Below, piece after piece: positions 37,972 through 50,032 of a DNA stretch of 64,000 nt. Position numbers and translations under genes: made by a program. The first letter of the stretch is position 1; every line of letters starts with the position of its first letter. The notes under the pieces were generated by a model. That model searched no databases. It was not told the origin of the DNA and saw only the letters and a list, made by a program, of their open reading frames with translations. This DNA is from Ylistrum balloti (lineage: Eukaryota), in the NCBI RefSeq assembly GCF_031769215.1, contig NW_026782303.1, positions 620,001 through 684,000 on the forward strand, read 5' to 3'.

Positions 37972-39260
37972 CCAATCAGAAAATGTATTACTCAAATGAA
38001 CTCATGATAGTTATCCTTTCTTCGGAATGATAAATATCAGAAGATAAAGAAAGAAGTTATTATATAAAATTTCAACTGACGAGGACACATGTGCATGTTT
38101 TTATCAATTAACCCAGGTCAGTCTAAGAAAGGCGAACACTTCATTCCCACAGTGTATGAGTATCTATTCTAAAATCAACAGTTAATCTATGGACATTACA
38201 CATTTGTGGAAGTACATATATTCACTCCTGTGAACATAATTAACTTTTTCTGGCAAGTTGACTTCAAAGCATAGTGTACACTAAATAATGGTAATCGTAT
38301 GAACGTTTGTATCAATCAATTCTAAAGAAACACCTTTGGTACAATAAAGATATCAAAATTAATGGTCAGTATGTGTTTGATCCAAACCAGTTTTTGGCTT
38401 GCGTGTTTTTTTTTTGCCGCAATTAATCACTTAATCATGTAGGTGATATGAATTTTTTCTCCCTTCAAGAATTTAAAACGCTTTCTTTCTACAATACCAT
38501 GTCTAATACGTGCTGTCAAGTTTTTTTTATTTTTTTAAAGAAAGCATGACGTCAATTCAAGAAGTCCTTCGGCCTACAATATCACTCTCATTGTTTTTAT
38601 TTTCTAATTTTGTTTTGTTTGTTTCTTTTTTTCCAAAGTAGGAAAGGCTCGAAATATTTCCATAACTGCATCATTCCAACAGCGCCATTACCAACTGGCA
38701 CCAGTAGATGAAACCAGGAATGCCATTTTGGTAATGGGAAGCGGAAGCAAATATTCAAAAGGCCATTTTTTCATTAAAAGCTCTAAATTATAATGGATCC
38801 GAGTGAGAGTTATATGGACAGTTATATAGTAAAATGAACCCACTAAAAGAAAACTTGGGTTGGAGAAATAAGCAACCCATTCCTGAACTTCAGACAATCT
38901 TTGGAATCTTCCTATGCCCCTGTTACATCAAAAATATTTTTTAGTACAAATGAGTCTTTCTTTCTCATGTTGTACGAGTCTTTGATTCATTGTTGTATAG
39001 TATTTGGTTTTACTGCTGTAGGCACACTTGTTGATCACTTCCTGACAAAACTATGCCCCCATTTTTGTCTTTTGGTTTTGTCTTCTTTTTCCATTTATGC
39101 TGAATTGATTTAAGTATGTGTGTTTAGTGTTGTGTGAGTGTGTGTAAAATAAGCGTGTGGGTACATACGTATATGTCGCATATAGTTACGGTACAAAGAC
39201 CAATGGATATGTTGAAGTGATAAGTTTTATGATGTTGATGATTTTCTAGAAGGCAATATC

Positions 39261-39307
<47 letters not shown>
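39261..39307. repeat. (TGA)n microsatellite, about 15.7 units
   Basis: Perfect trinucleotide run. Confidence 0.97.
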
Positions 39308-39493
39308 TGACAATGACAAATATGCAACCTGTTATTGCAAATCAATCCCATGGGTTAATCCCTCCATTTATATAATTATGACAAAATTAGGTGACAATAC
39401 GATCAGTCGCTGATTACTAATAGCCATTTTTAAGACGTTGACGTCAGACAAAAGACGGATGAAGAGAGATTCGACATTGCGCAAGACAGTTTT

Positions 39494-39731
39494 AAATGAA
39501 AATTTTCTCTATTGTGCCACGCCCTTGTGGTCGTAGATGTATAGACCCTTAATTTATACAAAATTGGTGTACTTCCCTGAGGAAAATGCTGACCAAATTT
39601 GTTCAGATTTTATGACTAGTAATCATTTTAAGAAAAAAAGGTTAATGGATGGATATCAGATGCCAGACTGATGAAGAACGCCACGCCATGTCATAAGCGT
39701 TCTGTTCCTTTGACCTATGGGAGCTAACAAA
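39494..39731 (+). mobile_element. HINE-like 3' relic
   Basis: GCCACGCCC..CCAAATTTG..GCCACGCCATGTCATAAGCG..TTTGACCTATGGGAGCTAACAAAA terminus. Confidence 0.4.
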
Positions 39732-41789
39732 ACCACATCCAAAAAACGTATCAGATTCGGGTAATGTACTGCTTGCAACAAAAAAAAAGTAATCAAATAA
39801 TCAAATCAATAAATATAATGCATATTACGGGATTCGAAGACGACAACTTTGTAGAGTATTGTAGCAGTCTTGAATGGTTTCGCCGAAACCTTTACAGTGT
39901 ATCACATCGTATCAATACAAACGCTAACCACCCAACGTTCTACCGCTGCCCTTTGTCAGTGAATACTGTCGTATGTTACATAGTTAGATTTGTGATAGAT
40001 GAATGGAATGGCAAACACGTGCATGACCTAGATAATTGTGTTATTAAAACTATCCTGTTTCTTCTTAAACTATAAACTAACAGGAAGGGGTTTATGTCAT
40101 CGCAACCTGTATTTACTTACTTTTTTATTTATAAAATAGTAAAATAAATTGATTAAAGCATCATCAAACATTTCAGTTAAACGTAAAGTCAACTCTAATA
40201 TTCCCCATATTATATAAAGTACGAAATATATGACCGATATGTTATTTAAGACCTTATTCAAAGGTTTTGCCATTAAAATACCCTTTGTTTACGACATCTT
40301 TATTTGTCTTGAAATTGGACTTTTACCGTTAATGTCATTCTTACTAATCATCTGTGGTTATGTACTAATGCTTTCAGATAACTATTGACCTGGATGTTAC
40401 TAAATGTAACCTTTATCAGTCATAGTTTGTCAGTGTTAAAGTGCACATTTCAACCTAGCATGCTAATGGCAAAAATTTTACAACCTATGATATTTTGGTT
40501 TTGTTGTTTTTATATGAAGCCTGAAGTTGATTCCAAGTTCCTGAGTTCAAACAGAATTAGAGTTCAAATTCGAGTTATATAACAAATGGTAGTCTTAATT
40601 TCTGTCTGAAAGGTTTGGGTTTGAGTCCTGTCCCGAATTCAGAACGGATCATGTGCATTGGACTTTTCGTTTTGTGAACAAATACATTTTTTTTAGGGTC
40701 TGGTTCCCAGTTCCATTTAGCTAAAACCTAACTAGTATTTACATGATGTACACAATTATTAATTGATGTATTAACCAATATATATAATTATATACCACAT
40801 TTAATTTGATGCTCCAAACATTTATAATTCAATTCGAAGTTGTCATTTTTGTATATGTATGTTTTACCAAATCTGAAAAGCATGACATTGATATCAACCA
40901 ACTAACTGTGTTATCGCTGAAGTGTTTGGTAATAAAGAGAGTGTGAAGCTATTCGGACGCATGGCAGAAATGTCTTACTTTTGGTCTATAATATACCCTT
41001 GTGTAGGAACGATTTGTCAATGTGATGATTGTGTTGACAATTATGTAGTGGATTACAGTTAACGTCATGCATTTCATTTTTGTATTTCAATTTGTAAACT
41101 TTTATCTTTTATTGAATTTGTTTTCGGATTGGTCCATGTCTAGGCAACACTTACACCCGGACGTGCTGATAGCAGATTTCGTAAACTTTAAAACCGAAAT
41201 TTACTTGGCGTGGATATAATTTAAAAGTGTATGTACACACCATTGAGCATTATATACGTCTATAAGTATATATCAAGTAAAAACTCATAACAAGACAACG
41301 AATCTCAGAAGGATGTAAAAGTGGAAACTCGTGGTGTTGTATCTATATTATATTTTCAATATCTCTCCTTAAGCACTGCTCAAGATCAGCCCATCATTTA
41401 TAGACTTGTCTTCATACAAGATTTAAAGTCACAGAATTACTTCATCCCGAATAATTGAAAAAAGAGTAACACAACAATGCATTGACATGTCCGCAACTCA
41501 AATAATCTTATTGGCACATTTCTCATCATGATGGAACCCAATCCTTAAGAGGGCGGATACTTGCACTCTAAGCACTTTCAACAGTTAAATTGTGCAATTT
41601 ATCCCTTTATTGAATTTTACAATTTCCACTGAGTATACATATTGGATTTTGTAGATAACATCCTAATTCTACCTCAGCCCATCCTACAAGTACCTATCAC
41701 TGAGTCTCCATGATCGGTGAGTAAAGTCCTATTGGAGACACATAACCGGGCCTGAACGTATGTTTTCTCGAGACTTCCAATATAAACTC

Positions 41790-41910
41790 ATCGGTTTGAT
41801 TTGTATCATCAACTAGGGACTCAACAGGACACCTCACCAGGTCACATTAAACTGACAACGGGCGCACTTGTGGTTATGTAGGATTATGCTGAACGTGAAG
41901 CAAAAACAAT
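41790..41910 (-). mobile_element. CORE-type SINE relic
   Basis: Reverse complement GCCCGTTGTCAGTTTAATGTGACCTGGTGAGGTGTCCTG matches the 21.8k and 18.1k copies. Confidence 0.5.
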
Positions 41911-43600
41911 AACTAGGCTTCGTTATTCGTTGACCACCATTAACTTTTACCCTATTGAATTACAGTTACAAATGGTCTAGCATTTCGTTTTAAAGTTGAA
42001 GATCGATCATAAACTAACTTTAAGAACGAGTACTGTAACTTTCAAGCGAAGTCTTCGATAATAAAGACCTTATTTTTCTATTTGATCTAATCAACTAATA
42101 CTAGAAATTATCCATAAGTAATCTTGATGAAAACCACTCGATCACTCGTTCACGAATTAGTGAATCTTAAAATGTCAAGATAATAATGACGTAATGCTAC
42201 TCACACTACCATGTCTAGTCTGCTCTTGCGGACATTTTAGTTTATATCTGTTTTTTTTTTTTTTTTTTTCAAAGTTGCTCGTATTTTGTTAGGTATCTTT
42301 GGTAATGATTATGTTATAGGTAGCACTTCGGTATGATACCAAACCTAGATGCAGTTTTCACATTAAACAATCGAAACACATGTAAAATACCTCTAAACTC
42401 CAACTCTTATTGCTTGTGGTGTTTCAACATCGAAATTAATAGCACCGATTCTTATTTCGCAATGTGATTATTAGTTATTGTTGTCATGGAGTTAATGATA
42501 ACACTGATTAATCATTAATAGTATACGGTCGGCGGAATTATTTCCCGATTACTAATTTCTAGACTGGACGCTATCAATGGAAACAATATTCAAAATTAAG
42601 GAAAGAGATATGTGGGAGTGGTTATAAAAATCCCAGATGATTTTATTAAAGTTTTACTTATATGATTTGTATTTATAGAAAACAATGATGTACGCGAATA
42701 TGAAAACTGGCTGTTTGTGAATTGAACAACAACGCATCAACAGCGAGTTACGATTGGTTCCACTTCTGAGGGCTTATTATTTTACATAATACACAAATTG
42801 AAATGGGAATCAGGTTGTGTCAGATACGGGAACAGGTTGCGCCGGTGCTTTTTCATTATGAGGTCATGTGATCAGTAGAAATGAATTGTTATGGAGGCCT
42901 GTACAAACCACAAATAGCGGTAAGATATGCGGACGGTGTTTTTTTTTTTTATTGGATTACTGGAAAGTAGTGTGACATTAACATCATTAACTTGCTTCTG
43001 TGGAGCGTTATCGGAAGTCACAGTTGTCCGGTCAGTTCCGCGAAAATGAAAAAGCAGGATGCAGCCAAGATGTGAACCACTTCCCCGTCTGTGCATATTG
43101 TCAGCATTAATATTTTAAGAAATGCTTTTGTTGAAGCAGTAATCAATACTGTCGTATTCCTAAAATAAACCCAACATTAAGTTCTTAATAAAGATATTTT
43201 CTAAAGTGTCTCACATTAATTGTGAGTGGTTGTTTTTAAAAATATATTTTCGAATTTGGAGCACATAAAATGTGGGTGGTTATCAATAAAGATGTTTTCT
43301 AAAATTTGGCGCTTAAACCCAAGGTATTTAAACACTTATTACGCAAAATAAGCTTTACCACAAATTGTTTTTGTTTTTATTGTCATTACTCTCCGTGGAA
43401 CCTAAAGCATTAATATGGTGATCCAAATTGAACACATGTGGGTATTTAAATGTAATTATAGACCAGATAGTTTCAGGAAATGACAAATCTATAACAATCA
43501 TTGTTCAGAAACTAATGGTAGATATTCTTTGAGAAAAAGACATACATCCCGGGGGTCTTCTTATATATCTTTTGTTTTTAGATTTATAAATAAGATAAGA

Positions 43601-43700
43601 GACCTAGCCGTCCGGGGTTCGATTACCGGAATGGATGTACAAAATGTAAGGGGTCACCTGCCCGACCACGTGGGTTTCCCCCGGGTACTGCGGTTTCCAT
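43601..43700 (+). mobile_element. 5'-truncated tRNA-derived SINE with V-domain-like core
   Basis: B-box-like GGTTCGATTACC (43616-43627) and GTGGGTTTCCCCCGGGTACTGCGGTTTCC, similar to the V-SINE core as I recall it. Confidence 0.55.
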
Positions 43701-44249
43701 ACGAGCCAACAAGAGTGATTTATATAAGTTGGAAAAACTTTCTTCGCAATTGTTGTAAAAATAAAGTTTGTTATTATAAATAGTCGTTAGGTGAAGATTT
43801 TTTTCACATTCTTTTCATTAATAATATAATGTTTAATTGCGTGGGCTTGCGCACCTCCAGGGCTAGCTTTTCCAACTTATTCCAACCAACTTGGATTTTA
43901 CCCAGACGCTTTATGGGCGTCGGTAATTTAGCTGTTTAACTTCAATGATGCGTCCTAGATATTCAGTATTCAATTCAATATTTTCATTGAAATGGCGTGC
44001 TATTAGTTTAATTAATCATGACTTAACAGAATGCCTGTGTTCGCTTTTGCTAACAAATCGGTTGATCAACAATTTTAAATAGCAAGGTGTCAGGCATATA
44101 CCCAGACCTTACCAATTCATACAAGCTTTGAAAATCTTAGTCAGCTTCTGACAGAAGTCAAATAAACAACCGTGATTTAAACTCTCAAACAGTTTAAACA
44201 TAAGTCTTTAATTGAACAAACGTTTAGCTATGCTAGGCTTCTTGGAAGT

Positions 44250-44352
44250 AAACGGTTCTCGGTTTCAAAACATGACGATCGGGGCCTTTGATAGCGCTGC
44301 AATATAGAGTCGGCTTCAGCTCCGCACTATCAGAAGTCATGCACAAACCCAT
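44250..44352 (+). mobile_element. CORE-type SINE relic (3' part)
   Basis: GCCTTTGATAGCGC..GAGTCGGCTTCAGCTCCGCACTATCAGAAG matches the 21.7k copy. Confidence 0.45.
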
Positions 44353-47300
44353 CTCAACCTCCCACAAAGACAGGCTCTCAACTTGTATACATCAGGAAGT
44401 CATCGTAGGTAATTGACCCTAGCTGTTGATTCGGCAATATAAACAAACCGAAAATTCCAGAGATGATTTTCCTTTTAATATTCGAATTTTATTTTGTGTT
44501 GATAACTTGAGTTTGATAATAAAACATTTCTGTTGGTGAGTTACTTAAATAACTTGTAATGAATGCCGTGAATGACTGTTAAGTCACTGGTATCACCGTA
44601 CGGGGCTCGTTTGAAAATAACGTTAAATAATAATTAAACAATGCAAGTGCAAAAGCCACAAAATCCTCTAGATCTAGAAACAGATATGTCTTCCACGTAG
44701 TGTGAGGAAATATAGATAATTGAGGCATCTTAGGCAAAGCTCACCTTTAAGATGGTGTTACTAATGAGACTGATCTATCATTCAATGACACAGGAGATGA
44801 TATGATAACATGCCTAACACAACTACAGGTAGTATAAAGTAATGACCCTAGACGGTTCGACGGCTTTATGCCTTGTCCAAGTAATGATCTATCGTTTTAC
44901 ACGTCTGTCTCGTATTCTTCCTGCCACGCAAAGCGTTAGCCATTTAAATGCTGAATATATAAGGAGATTGTATACTGTTACAATTAATCGTCTTGTCTCT
45001 CAGTGGATGTGAATTTTAAAGACAGGTCGAATCGAAAGATCAATTTAGAATTATTTGACATACGAAGGTTTAATGCCAGACAGTTTTGGTTCCTCAGTAG
45101 CTACTTAATTTTGACCATGAACTTGGTTATTCCAATCATCAATCTTCAAGACGTCCTCAGTGCGACTGTGATACGCCATAAGGCAGGTGGATGTGACAAC
45201 GTGATGAGAAGAGTGCGTCTCCACCAAGGTTGCGAATGAATCGCGTATTTCGGTATTAATTGTTTTCGAAAGCAATTACAGATGGAAAAGTAACATGTGT
45301 CGGTTGAAAGTGTCCACAAATGATGAGTCCAATGACGACGGCTTTTATAGTGTCATCCCACTGAAATATAACTTGGTACAGTTGCATGTTATTCAATCCG
45401 GTAACTCGATACTTTCGACGTGAATCTTTGTTCGTTCATTGACGATCGATTAACAGTGAGTACGATGTGCTATTTCAATTACATTGTATGTGATGGCTTA
45501 AAAAGAGAACCCATATATTTTGTCATTTGCGCACATGTAATGCTATTTCCTTCAGTACCGATCAACACAGAAAAGGCCAGTAGTGTCAAGAAATAAGTGA
45601 TATAGCATAGTTATAGACTCTATATGTTATTGCAAAATGTCTATTGTGTAGGCTGTCGACAGGTCATCAAAATATTAATCGAAAATAAGATAAACATAAG
45701 AAAATAATCGTGGTAAGCAGATAAGGTGAAAGGGGCTTTATCATCTTTTTCTATAAATAGTTCACCAAATGCGTTACACCGAGGTTGGTCTTTGATCTTC
45801 AGCATTTATGAAAATGTAGGTGTGGCAAATAGGAAAACGGACAAGAACTAGTTAGTCTTGGCGCCTGCCTCTATAACAAGGGGACCATTCATCGATAGTA
45901 GGTTTAATCGAGTGTAAATTGATGTCTGCTGTTTCATTCCAATAATGTTTATGCTAAGATATTTTCACAGTTAAAATCGGTAGAATGAAGTTTTAAATTA
46001 AATGATAATAACGATAACTCCGCTAGACCGGCATGAAGTTTTTTTTTCGATACAAATATGCCAAGGTGCACAATATGATACGGTGTGACAATTTGAGGAT
46101 AGACAATGTGGTATATTTAGTGTACTTGCAGTACGACGACCGAAGATATTGTTACTATTTCTATGTCATATCATTGTATAGCAGACAGAGTGTCTGAGGA
46201 AATAATCGCTAATGCCATATTATTAGCCTTTGTGTGTTTCAGGAAGACTGAATAGTATGTCACTCCAATCTTCACGGAATATTTTCTGAAAACAAAAATG
46301 GAACAAATAATAAATATCTGTATAAAACAATTTAAATTTTAAACGTTGGTTTATTATGCAATATGTGTATGGTTATGTAATATGGGAGAAATATATTGAT
46401 GATGGAGTTTGTTTTGTTACATTAATTATTTTACGTTCCATGTACTGTTCTAATATTGGTCCTCATTTGTTGTTTGGTCGTTAAAAGTTCCCTAAATTCT
46501 TTCAAAGCTAATTAAAAATGGCTAACTACAAGGAACATGTGCCCAGCTATCTTTCGGACAAAATATTTATCATCTCATTTTGGCAAAAATTTCATAATGT
46601 CCATGCTGAGCATTTGCACCATTACTGCCTTTCTACTTTTTGATTGAAGATTTCTAAATTTGCTATAATGCGTTTTCATTAGCACTTCCCAACAGATAAA
46701 AAAATACTGAATGAAGTAAAACTATCCCATAACTCTTAATGATGTCATTATTTAAAGGGATATATTTAGCTATGGAATTAATAATCAGGTTATGTCTAAT
46801 CAATACTATATTGTGAGCACATTATTATTTTTTGTACACCGATAACAACAACTATGGCGCCCAGAATTATTATGTAACGATGATCATTTTGTTACTGTGA
46901 TTGGCAATTTATCTGTAACATGTAGGTATCAAACACAATAGCAGCTGCAACTGCTGAAATTTGCAACATGTCACAAATCCAATATGCTATGATTTACTAT
47001 GATGAAGACGTCGACAATTTCTATAAAACTATCTACATGTAATCTTCAACCAATTGCTGTTTTATACATTTTAACGTTTGCGTCCGAGCCTACAAGATAA
47101 CAAAGTTAACTGTAAGTAAATGAAACGGCGTACCTAATTTATTCTCACAAATGCACAAGCTAGACATTACGAAATCTAATTTTCCAAATTCCTCGGTTTA
47201 TTTACTTAGATACAAACAGCTTGATAAAAATATTGTGTTCAAATGCATTTACTTGGATCTTCAAGTTTTAAATCGGTGTCTTATATTAAATATCGGATAA

Positions 47301-48048
47301 CATAATTCAAACTGGGTCAAGGTTTTTAATATAAAAAACTTTCAACTACAAATAGCATCCTGTCTGATTTCAGTAATACGGTAACTTACAGTTTGTTTTC
47401 GCTTATGCTGCTACAGTCTGTAGTAGACCGATAAGCTAGTGCATATTTTCACTATTGTAAGATTTGGACAGTAACCGTTGGCTCATCTCTCCTTCTTTGA
47501 TTAAAATGACTGCTCCATTTGTAACCCGTGACAGGGAGGCTATGGGTCTTCTTGATATACACGTGTACTTGACGTTATTTATTTAATTATGCAGTTGGTT
47601 CACCTCTTGATCTAGATTTTGACATTTCTTTCGATTGTGGTTTTCTCTGTCGCCTTCTAGGCGTCAAGACAATGTCTCTTTAACATCACTGACGAGTACA
47701 ATAAGGACGAATCATTTGTGTCTTGTATCTTGTAATTTTCTATATGAAAAGTACCTTCAGCACACCCACTCAGTCGCATTAAGGCAAACAAGTAAAAATG
47801 CAAAGCTTCATGCAGGGAATAGTAATTACCATTTTAAAAGACGAGCATATCGTGATCAAGGGAGAGAACATGAAGCCTTCCTCAACGTTGGCGAACGTTC
47901 AGGGTTACATAGTTGTTTAAGATGTTTAAAAGATCAGATCCCCGAAAAAAGTGTCCTCGGCGGAATAAGTAGGAGAGAACGAAGAAAAAAATGTTTGCAC
48001 CATATACTCGATATTTCCTTTAAGAACAAGAAAAATAAAAGATATCAT

Positions 48049-48316
48049 AAACAAAAGGCCCACTGGGCCTGCGTCGCTCACCCGGTATTCCATGTTCATT
48101 ATAAATGGAGTCAGTGTTAATATCACAAATATATTGACGTGTACAACACAAGTACACACACGCAGGAACATACTATCAATTGCAACCAATTTCTACAAAC
48201 AGTTTCTATTACTCATCTCTGCACAGTGACAGTTATGACCTGAATCAAAAGTAACAGACGGACGAACAGACGCCGCGCCACGGCATTAGCTCACTAGGCC
48301 CTTCTTTGTCCTAAAA
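48049..48316 (+). mobile_element. Short Helentron-associated (HINE-like) non-autonomous element
   Basis: 5' AAACAAAAGGCCCACTGGGCCTGCGTCGCTCACC (short palindrome plus GCTCAC). 3' CAGACGGACGAACAGACG..ATTAGCTCACTAGGCCCTT..CTAAAA, with a degenerate terminal hairpin. Family match is from memory of bivalve HINEs. Confidence 0.6.
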
Positions 48317-48459
48317 GCAACAAGAAAATACCAACATGTTAACATAATCAAAACTTAAAATCAATCAAACTAGTGCAAGACAAAAAAAAAACCAAATAAA
48401 CAAAAAACAGAAACAAAACAAAAAAAAAAAAAAAAAAAGATTTATAAGAATGCTCTTAA

Positions 48460-49275
48460 AAAGTACAAGGAGAAGGAGATTAAGACCAGGTGTTCCGGAA
48501 GAGTAAGCATTTTCCGTCATGTAAACCTCGGTTGATCCAAGTAAGTCATGTCACGTTCTAAAATGGTCAACAATTTTAACCAACAGGCAAACTAACGAGC
48601 ATAATATACGTCCAGCTTCATATCACAGAAAAACGTATTTCTCAGTGAGATTACTATTACAACTATAAAACTTCCCTACGTCTTTTGAAACCCTGTGTTA
48701 CGAGGTTGTCCGTTAGTTGACGACTTGTCGACATGAAAATAGAAAAGTGACCATAGCATACCAAATCAACTGCGACATATAAACACCATAGATTGGGAAT
48801 TCAAGAATATTGCTATCCAGAAATGCAAAATTCGCAATAGGGAAATATAAATCATTTGTTTATCATACAGCTTGGTTGTAGGGAAGGATCGAGATAAGCG
48901 GCTAATGTAGAAGAGTCCGTCGTGTCTTTGATTTCCAACCGTGGTGGGTATATATGATGGCTGTGATCAATAAATTTTCTTGTTATTTAAATTCATGATG
49001 TCATCAATACATCTTAAAGTGAAATTAAACGACTTTTCTAGGTCTTTGTGAGCTGTTTTGAAAGGCTGTTAATAAAGTTAGCCAGCAGAGGGACACAGTT
49101 AGTTCCCATACTGTATGCCAACAGTCTTTTGGAAGATCTTAACACCAAACTCGACGAAGATGATGAAAACCTGGAACTCTATCATTTTTATGATTTCGTC
49201 CTCCGTATATTTCGTCTTTAATATATTTATTACACCGTTCCCATTTCATGGAAAAGAAAGCTCTCATAACAAGAG
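48460..49275 (-). mobile_element. Penelope-like RT relic (C-terminal RT plus 3' module)
   Basis: Minus-strand motifs KYTEDEIIKMIEF, FQKTVGI/MGTNCVPLLA, SFNFTLRCIDDIMNLNN, HIYPPRLEIKDTTDS, TKLYDK and YGVYMSQLIWY, followed by the shared 3' module and an A-rich tract (48380-48438 on +). Confidence 0.85.
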
Positions 49276-49880
49276 AACGAAGGCGTGTTCTAGACGTGTT
49301 GGTGCTACACTATTACCCGCCTTGGCAACACGTTGAATGCTTTAATGACATTCTCGACTGCCAAGTATTGTTTGACCAAGGCTGACGTCCGAATGAAATG
49401 AATGTTTCTTGAAACAAGACAGATGATATTACATTGTTACCAGTTAATGCAAATGTCAATAGCAATGCGACAAAAAAGTGCAAACACCAGCAAGCTGTTT
49501 TCTATCACGAACACCAAGTCTTATTTATTTTGATAATTTCGACGTTTTCTTTGAATTGAAATATTTCCAAAGTGTTGCTGATGATAGTTGTGGAAAAATA
49601 ATCTGATATACGTATGTTATGATACAAATATAAAACAAATTCGACGGCAATGATTTTATTCTAATTCTGTAAGTCTGGAATAAACGTTTACCGGCAGAAT
49701 AACTTCTTAAATGAACAATGAGATCTATATATGCGTTTCTGTCTATAATCGAAATATAAAAGCAACTTTAAATTCTGTTTCCGAGTGTAATGCAAAGATA
49801 ATGCCAAAAACCTCCATGAAAATACCTACACAGCAACATAATTTTGATTTAACTCAAATTCAGTAAAACGGGGGCAAAAT

Positions 49881-50032
49881 ATGAATAAAAGAAAGATCTA
49901 CACGATGTCTCATGAAAAAAGTACAAGGAGAATAGAACCAGATGTTTCGGAAGAGTAAGCCTCTGTTACATCGACGACACCCGCCATGTAAACACTTGTC
50001 AATACAAATAAGTAATGTCACATTCTCAAATG
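49881..50032 (-). mobile_element. Penelope-like 3' non-coding module
   Basis: Reverse complement GAGAATGTGACATTACTTATTTGTATTGAC..GGGTGTCGTCGATGTAACAGAGGCTTACTCTTCCGAAACATCTGG matches the other copies in the window. Confidence 0.65.

Noticed and set aside
40585-40650. tRNA-like B-box (GGGTTTGAGTCC), with a similar trace near 34735-34780
   Set aside because: No cloverleaf can be folded; at most decayed SINE heads.
47635-48120. 161-aa ORF, the longest non-TE ORF
   Set aside because: TTG start, no recognisable domain, and it runs into the HINE-like element; likely chance.
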